In this document: in pieces, positions 58,169 through 64,000 of the stretch
How the letters are laid out: each line of letters begins with the position of its first letter
Numbering within the stretch: the stretch's first letter is position 1
From: Alphaproteobacteria bacterium
Lineage (GTDB): Bacteria > Pseudomonadota > Alphaproteobacteria > Rs-D84 > SZUA-605
Direction of reading: 5' to 3'
Assembly: GCA_031549385.1 (NCBI GenBank)
Contig: JAVBPW010000006.1
Location: 27,935 to 91,934, forward strand
DNA: 64,000 nt
Position numbers and translations under genes: made by a program
Notes under the pieces: model-generated
What the model was told of the DNA's origin: nothing
Database searches by the model: none
Seen by the model: only the letters and a program-made list of their open reading frames with translations

Positions 58169-59128
58169 TTATTTTAATTTTACAAAAGTTATTGAGTTTT
58201 TGTTAAAGTCTATTTTTACACCTTGCAATGTCTTTGGTAATTTATTTTCTCTTATTGAAAATAACAAATTTTCTAATTTTTCTAATGTTGGTGGGTAATC
58301 TTGGTTAGATGTTTCCATGATAATATTTGAAAGGCTGCGTAAAATTACTTCATCATCTGCCTTTAAAAACAAATCTTTGTTAAATACATTCTTTTGAGTT
58401 TGAGAATCTGAAATATGATTTTGAACTAAATTTTCTATAAGACTTCTGACTCTTGATAAGTTTTGAATGGCCAATATAACTTTATCATCTGAAATGTCTA
58501 GCTTTTCATTCAATAAATGACGGTTCTTTCTGATTTTTACTCTTAGATATTTTTCATCGTCATTCATATTATCGTGATAGAATTTAATCCCCTGCTCTTT
58601 GCAAAAGTTTAAAATTTCTTCTTTTGAAAATGATAATAATGGGCGGATTAATGTTAATTCATCTTGAGTTGAAATTTCTTTTATTCCTGATAATCCATAT
58701 ACTCCTGAACCCCTTGATAAATTTATTAAAAATGTTTCTATTTGATCATCTTTATGATGTGCTGTTAACAAATATTCACATTTATTTTTTTTGCAAAAAT
58801 TCTTTATTAGGTCATACCTTGCTTGGCGTGCTTGGTTTTCTATATCGGATTTAATATCTTTATGCTCCCAGACTAAAACTTCATGATATATACCTTCGTT
58901 TGATAGAAAATCATGAACGCCTTTTGCTTCTTTTTTGGCTTCTGGGCGGAGTTGATGATCTACAGTTACTGCATATAAATTAATCTTTTTCTTTTTGCAA
59001 AAACCTTTTAGTAAAATGCAAAGTGCAAGAGAATCTGCACCTCCTGAAACGCCTATACAAAATGAAGTTGGGGTTTTAGGAAGCTTTGATAGTAAATTAT
59101 TTAATTTTTTTTCAAATCTATCTTTCAT
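58169..59128 (-). CDS. tilS: tRNA(Ile)-lysidine synthase
   Basis: VSGGADS, VDHQLR, ARQARY, AHHKDDQIET, RGSG, IRPLL. Confidence 0.95.
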   Translation of the reverse strand: MKDRFEKKLNNLLSKLPKTPTSFCIGVSGGADSLALCILLKGFCKKKKINLYAVTVDHQLRPEAKKEAKGVHDFLSNEGIYHEVLVWEHKDIKSDIENQARQARYDLIKNFCKKNKCEYLLTAHHKDDQIETFLINLSRGSGVYGLSGIKEISTQDELTLIRPLLSFSKEEILNFCKEQGIKFYHDNMNDDEKYLRVKIRKNRHLLNEKLDISDDKVILAIQNLSRVRSLIENLVQNHISDSQTQKNVFNKDLFLKADDEVILRSLSNIIMETSNQDYPPTLEKLENLLFSIRENKLPKTLQGVKIDFNKNSITFVKLK

Positions 59129-59546
59129 AAAGCTTTATTGTTTCAAATCTCTCTGATTTTGTTTTTTCTTCTGTTCTTGTTACTATTTTGCTTTCTTCAA
59201 TGCCTAAATTAATCATTTCTTGTCTTAATTTATATGTATCTTTTTCTATTTGATTTTGATTGTCTTTTGCATAGAAACCTATGATTAAAAAGAACTGATT
59301 TGGATAGCGTTGCAAACTTTGATTCAATGCATGATATAACCCCTGTCCGTAAATTGTCTTTTTATTATCATATGTTATTACATAAATTGGTCGACCATAA
59401 AAGTCCATTACTGGTGGCATTGGGTTCATTGTTTTTTCATCTGGAACTTTTACAGGATAGGAACTTACATCATGGAATAATATCCATGAAGCTGTGTCAC
59501 ACCCAAAAAGTGGTAAAAATAGACAAATGATTAGTATTTTTTTCAT
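59118..59546 (-). CDS. Lipoprotein with a possible degenerate OmpA-like domain
   Basis: LFGC lipobox; LQRYP..FLIIGF...LGIEESKI pattern. Confidence 0.55.
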   Translation of the reverse strand: MKKILIICLFLPLFGCDTASWILFHDVSSYPVKVPDEKTMNPMPPVMDFYGRPIYVITYDNKKTIYGQGLYHALNQSLQRYPNQFFLIIGFYAKDNQNQIEKDTYKLRQEMINLGIEESKIVTRTEEKTKSERFETIKLYER

Positions 59547-59623
59547 ATACTCAGATTATTTTATTTTTACTTGAAAATCAAGGAGAAATTTACTATAAAT
59601 GAGGGATATATAAAGGAAATACT

Positions 59624-60268
59624 ATGTGGAATTATATAAAAAAGATTGTTAAAGATAAGGGGCTTTTGAAAGAAGCTCTTACACATAGTAGTATGGTGAA
59701 AAATAATATCCATAGTAATGAACGTTTGGAATTCCTTGGAGATAGAGTTCTTGGTCTTGTTATTGCTGAAGAATTAATGAAAAAATATAAAAATGAAGCT
59801 GAAGGAGATTTAGCTAAACGTCATGCTGTCCTTGTGTCTTCTAAGAATTTAACTGCTATTGCTTATGAAATTGGACTTGATAAAGAATTAATATTTTCTA
59901 AGGCTGAAGTTACTACTATTGATTACTTATTAGCAGACTGCATGGAAGCTGTGTTTGGAGCTTTATATTTGGATGCTGGGTTTGAAGAAACTAAAAAAAT
60001 TATTTTGAAACTTTTTATCTCCTCTCTTAATGATATGAAGGAAGTGCCTATTGATATGAAGTCTAAACTTCAAGAAGTACTTCAAAAATCTGGGTATGAT
60101 TTGCCTGAATATTCTGTTGTTAAAAAAACTGGAACTGATCATAATCCTGAATTTCAAATAGAAGTTCAAACTGGACTTGGTATTGGACATGGTGTTGGAT
60201 CTACTAAAAAAGAGGCTGAACAAAAAGCAGCTCAATTCTTACTTACTAAGTTAAAAATCATTAAATAA
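59624..60268 (+). CDS. rnc: Ribonuclease III
   Basis: ALTHSS, NERLEFLGDRVLGL, KSKLQE, KKEAEQKAA. Confidence 0.96.
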   Translation: MWNYIKKIVKDKGLLKEALTHSSMVKNNIHSNERLEFLGDRVLGLVIAEELMKKYKNEAEGDLAKRHAVLVSSKNLTAIAYEIGLDKELIFSKAEVTTIDYLLADCMEAVFGALYLDAGFEETKKIILKLFISSLNDMKEVPIDMKSKLQEVLQKSGYDLPEYSVVKKTGTDHNPEFQIEVQTGLGIGHGVGSTKKEAEQKAAQFLLTKLKIIK

Positions 60269-60277
60269 TTAATTTTG

Positions 60278-60344
60278 TTGACAAATTTAGGTTTGAGTAC
60301 TATCTTTTGACAGTATTTTAAAATCAAACTTAAATAATTTTATA
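60278..60344 (+). promoter_or_regulatory. Cassette promoter and AAACTTAA leader
   Basis: TTGACA-17-TATCTT; motif at 60326. Confidence 0.78.
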
Positions 60345-61013
60345 ATGGAATTTAATAAACTGAAAGAACAAGTTCAGGTCTTGTTTGAAGTAAACAAAAA
60401 CCCTGTTGTAAGCTGCAAGGCTGAAAATGGATCGTGGGCAATAGGCGTTTTGCCGGAAGAATGGAATCTTTCAAAAGATTCACAGTATAATTTTGCTCGG
60501 TTTTTTGTCTCTTACAGAGGTAAAAAGGTTCAAAAAATTGATTGCCGAAATGTATATTTCGAAGATGATGGTTTCGTGTGCCAAAAAATGGTCGCCGGAA
60601 AAAGTATTTGGGAAAAAAATGGGAATGTTCCTATTGATTATTTCCCAAAATTTGCATCAAAAACTCCTCCAGAAATTTTGGAAATTAATGACGAGTACCA
60701 AGCTCGTCTTAAAGGTACAAAAGTTTATTTTCTGTACAAATATGAGGAACAAGCTGGCATAGAATTTGCTAGTGATTTTTTTGTTTTGGAAGAAGATGTT
60801 TTTATGTTTCGAAATGTGACAGAATTTGTTTTCATAATTGATCTTGATTCTACTTACGGCGATTACCGTGAGATTTTGGCAGAAATGGCCGAAACCGTTG
60901 AAGGAGATAGAATGAGATTGTATCTGCTATATTTTGTGGAGATAATTAACATTATTCACCAAATGCCGAAAAAAAGCCTCAAGCAAGAGGTTTATTATTT
61001 AATGAGTAATTAA
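60345..61013 (+). CDS. Hypothetical protein (cassette gene; C-terminus similar to the 56230 protein)
   Basis: IIDLDSTYGDYREIL; terminator 61046-61075. Confidence 0.78.
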   Translation: MEFNKLKEQVQVLFEVNKNPVVSCKAENGSWAIGVLPEEWNLSKDSQYNFARFFVSYRGKKVQKIDCRNVYFEDDGFVCQKMVAGKSIWEKNGNVPIDYFPKFASKTPPEILEINDEYQARLKGTKVYFLYKYEEQAGIEFASDFFVLEEDVFMFRNVTEFVFIIDLDSTYGDYREILAEMAETVEGDRMRLYLLYFVEIINIIHQMPKKSLKQEVYYLMSN

Positions 61014-61073
61014 TTTAGTTTACTTAGTTTTTTCATTCGTTAGGTAGAGTCTCGAGAAATCGAGGCTCTTTTT

Positions 61074-62588
61074 TTATATCTCTTTTCTTCTTAAGAAAAT
61101 AGCTTCTGACATATGAGATTGATTGACTGTTTGACTTTCTTCCATGTCGGCTATTGTGCGTGCTACTTTTAAAAGACGATGATAAGAACGAGCAGAAATT
61201 TCATATTTTTTTGCTGTTTGAATTAATAATTCTTTAGCTTGTTGTTCTATATTTACTGCTTCTTCCAGTTGTTTTCCTTCAAGTTCTGAATTGTATAATG
61301 GAGCTGATTTTCCAAATAATTTTTGAAGGCGATTTCTTGTAAAAGCTTGAGTTTTTATTACTATTTCACGAGCTGACTTTGAGTCTATTGTTTTTGTTTG
61401 TTCACTCAATTCCCATGGGTCGAGTGGTTTGATTTCTAAGAATAAATCTATACGGTCTAAAATTGGACCAGAGATTTTATTTTGATATTTTTCTGCACAA
61501 CGTGGAGCCTGTGCACATTCTTTTTTTACTGTTCCAAATTGTCCACATGGGCATGGATTCATGGCTGCTATTAATTGAAAATTAGCAGGATAGCTTATAT
61601 GACAATTTGCTCGAGAAATCAATATTTTACCATTTTCTAATGGTTGTCTTAAAGCTTCAATTGATGTTCTTTTAAATTCTGGTAGTTCGTCTAAAAATAA
61701 TACTCCATTATGAGCCAATGAAATTTCACCTGGGAGTGCTTTTGCCCCTCCTCCTATCATTGAAATTTCTGAAGCTGTGTGGTGAATTGCTCGAAATGGT
61801 CTTTGCTTTATTAGTGAGTTTTTTTCTGACTGACCAGACAGAGAATATATGCAAGATGTTTCTAACATTTCATCTGGATTTAATGGTGGCAAAATTGAAG
61901 GTAATCTTTTTGCAAGCATTGACTTTCCTGCACCTGGGGGACCTATCATAAGCAAATGGTGGCGACCACAAGCTGAAATTAGTAAAACTCTTTTTGCAAG
62001 TTCTTGACCTTTAATATCTGCTAAATCCAAAAGATTTTCTTGCTCAAATTCTGATGATGATTTTTCATCTGAAGGTGTAAATTCTCCATTAAAAAAGTCT
62101 ATTAAATTCTTTAAATTTTTGATTGCTACTATTTCTTTATTACCTGAAAATGCAGCTTCTTCATACTGAGATTTTGGACATATTATTCCTAAATTATTTT
62201 CTTTTGCATAACAGCTGGCTGATAAGACCCCACCTACCGCTGAAATGTTTGAATCTAACCCAAGTTCACCCATTATTATGTAGTTTTCTAAGGTTTTTGA
62301 ATCTATTTTTCTCATTTGAGCTAAAATTCCAGCTGCTATTGCCAAGTCATAATGAGAGCCTGTTTTTTCTCTGTTGGCTGGAGCTAAATTTACTGTAATT
62401 CTTTGTGGTGGAAGATCAATTGATAAGGATCTTAATGCAGACTGTATTCGCTCTTTAGCTTCTGATACAGCTTTGTCGGCTAAACCAACTATTGTAAATT
62501 TTGGCATACCAGAGGAAATTTGAACTTCTACTTGAATTTCAACTGCGGTTATTCCATCAAATGCTACTGTTTTGGTTTTTGATATCAT
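61074..62588 (-). CDS. comM: YifB/ComM Mg-chelatase-like AAA+ ATPase (start probably MISKTK)
   Basis: VGLADKAV.E..ER, VNLAPA, GPPGAGKSMLA, GEISLAHNGVLFLDE, AMNPCPCG. Confidence 0.94.
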   Translation of the reverse strand: MISKTKTVAFDGITAVEIQVEVQISSGMPKFTIVGLADKAVSEAKERIQSALRSLSIDLPPQRITVNLAPANREKTGSHYDLAIAAGILAQMRKIDSKTLENYIIMGELGLDSNISAVGGVLSASCYAKENNLGIICPKSQYEEAAFSGNKEIVAIKNLKNLIDFFNGEFTPSDEKSSSEFEQENLLDLADIKGQELAKRVLLISACGRHHLLMIGPPGAGKSMLAKRLPSILPPLNPDEMLETSCIYSLSGQSEKNSLIKQRPFRAIHHTASEISMIGGGAKALPGEISLAHNGVLFLDELPEFKRTSIEALRQPLENGKILISRANCHISYPANFQLIAAMNPCPCGQFGTVKKECAQAPRCAEKYQNKISGPILDRIDLFLEIKPLDPWELSEQTKTIDSKSAREIVIKTQAFTRNRLQKLFGKSAPLYNSELEGKQLEEAVNIEQQAKELLIQTAKKYEISARSYHRLLKVARTIADMEESQTVNQSHMSEAIFLRRKEI

Positions 62589-62694
62589 AAACTTCATAAT
62601 ATAGGTATTATTTCCTTTTTGCAATTGAGATTTTGATATTTTTAGTTTATAAATCTGATATTAATGGTATATTAAAAGAAAAAAGGAAAATTAG

Positions 62695-63828
62695 ATGCAA
62701 AAACAAATTAAAAGAATTAATTTTGTAAATGACCCACTTTTGACTCCTGATATTAAAGTTCTTTTAGAAAAATATTTCGAAGTTATAATTGATAACGAAA
62801 ATCCTGATTTCGTTTTTTGCGGACCTTATGTTGTTGGACCTAAAAAAGATAATCCTTATAAATTCCCAAATGCTGTTAAAATTTTTTTGACTGGGGAAGC
62901 TGTGGCTCCTGATTTTAATATCTATGATTATGCTCTTGGATTTGACGAACTTGATTATGGGGACAGATATTTAAGATGTCCTTATTGGGCACTTTCTATT
63001 TCAAATGAAAATTTGCAAAAACTTATTGATAGACAAGTTACTCGTTTTGAAGATTTAGATAAAAAGAATAAATTTTGCAATTTTATTTATTCTAATCATA
63101 ATGGACATAAAATGCGTCGAGAAATTTTTGAAAAACTTGAGCAATATAAAAGAGTCGATTCTTGGGGCAGATGGCTGAATAATATGGGTGAATTTGCTAA
63201 AGATAAAATTCAAGTTATTAAAGACTATAAATTTTCTGTAGCTTCTGAAAATGCTTGGTATCCAGGATATACTACTGAAAAATTGATTGATGCTTATTTG
63301 GGAAATACTTTGCCTATTTATTGGGGAAATCCAGATGTAGTTAAGGAATTTAACGAATCTTCTTTTATTAATGTTTTTGATTTCAAAGACTTGGACGCTC
63401 TGTTAGATGAAGTAAAAAAAATCGATAATAATGATGCTTTGTATTTGAAGTATTTGAATCAAGCTATTTTTAAAGTTGATCCTTTTATTCATAAAAGGAA
63501 TTTTGAAAAATTTATTTTAAATATTGTTTCTCAAACTAAAGAACAAGCTGTTCGAAAAGGTGTTGGAATGTTTCCTGACAGAGTTACACGAATTTATAAT
63601 GAATCATGGAATGCTACTCATCCACAAAAGAATTTTTGGAAAATGATTTTTGATATAAGAGCTAATAGAAGTGTTATCTATATACAAATCTTGGGAATCA
63701 AAATTGAATTTAATTCTTTGTTTTATTTTTTACAAAATTTATTAGAAAAAGCTTTTGTTATTAGATTTAAAAGATTTCATACTCAAGTCAGATTATTTGG
63801 AATCGATTTCATAAACAAATTACATTAA
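62695..63828 (+). CDS. GT10 alpha-1,3-fucosyltransferase-like glycosyltransferase
   Basis: FCNFIYSN, YKFSVASEN...GYTTEKLIDA...PIYWG. Confidence 0.88.
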   Translation: MQKQIKRINFVNDPLLTPDIKVLLEKYFEVIIDNENPDFVFCGPYVVGPKKDNPYKFPNAVKIFLTGEAVAPDFNIYDYALGFDELDYGDRYLRCPYWALSISNENLQKLIDRQVTRFEDLDKKNKFCNFIYSNHNGHKMRREIFEKLEQYKRVDSWGRWLNNMGEFAKDKIQVIKDYKFSVASENAWYPGYTTEKLIDAYLGNTLPIYWGNPDVVKEFNESSFINVFDFKDLDALLDEVKKIDNNDALYLKYLNQAIFKVDPFIHKRNFEKFILNIVSQTKEQAVRKGVGMFPDRVTRIYNESWNATHPQKNFWKMIFDIRANRSVIYIQILGIKIEFNSLFYFLQNLLEKAFVIRFKRFHTQVRLFGIDFINKLH

Positions 63829-63862
63829 AAATTTGAAGTTTTATACTTAGTTTTGAATTATA

Positions 63863-63887
63863 AAAAAGCTCCTATTTGGGAGCTTTT
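63863..63887. terminator. Bidirectional terminator
   Basis: AAAAGCTCC-TATTTG-GGAGCTTTT. Confidence 0.8.
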
Positions 63888-63905
63888 CTTTTATATCACT
63901 CAGGT

Positions 63906-64000
63906 TTAGAATCTATAGCCTAAGTCTACTCGGATTTCTTGTGATTCATAGTTCTCTCTGATATCCATTTCAAAGCCTACTCCCACTGTTGACCCATTCT
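63906..64000 (-). CDS. C-terminus of an outer-membrane beta-barrel/autotransporter (partial)
   Basis: ...GVGFEMDIRENYESQEIRVDLGYRF-stop; terminal Y-x-F barrel signature. Confidence 0.65.
   Translation of the reverse strand, partial: NGSTVGVGFEMDIRENYESQEIRVDLGYRF

Overview
AT-rich bacterial chromosome segment, probably a reduced-genome Alphaproteobacterium (inferred from the tolC-popZ-like and lpoA/rsmI-lptE-holA neighbourhoods and the GGAATCATAATCC-type tRNA-Met). The backbone is housekeeping genes in fragmented operons: leuS, ruvA, yebC, typA, pyrG, fabD, sodB, tsaB, rimI, lon, rne, map, dnaA, pheST, rplT/rpmI, tilS, rnc and comM. Four features stand out. (1) About 19 mostly orphan genes, alone or in arrays at about 10 loci, share one cassette design: own sigma70-like promoter, short Shine-Dalgarno-less leader with AAACTTAA at a near-constant distance from the ATG, and own terminator (often with the stop codon in the hairpin loop). 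They form several private paralog families, and one carries a pyrF-pyrE fusion. (2) A ~1.98 kb integrase-less element splits a tRNA-Met at its anticodon loop and carries a complete, different tRNA-Met. (3) Four tandem secreted Cys-rich repeat proteins have variable N-termini and a conserved C-terminal domain. (4) The CTP synthase has lost both the glutaminase catalytic Cys and His. All calls come from reading motifs by eye; no database searches were run.
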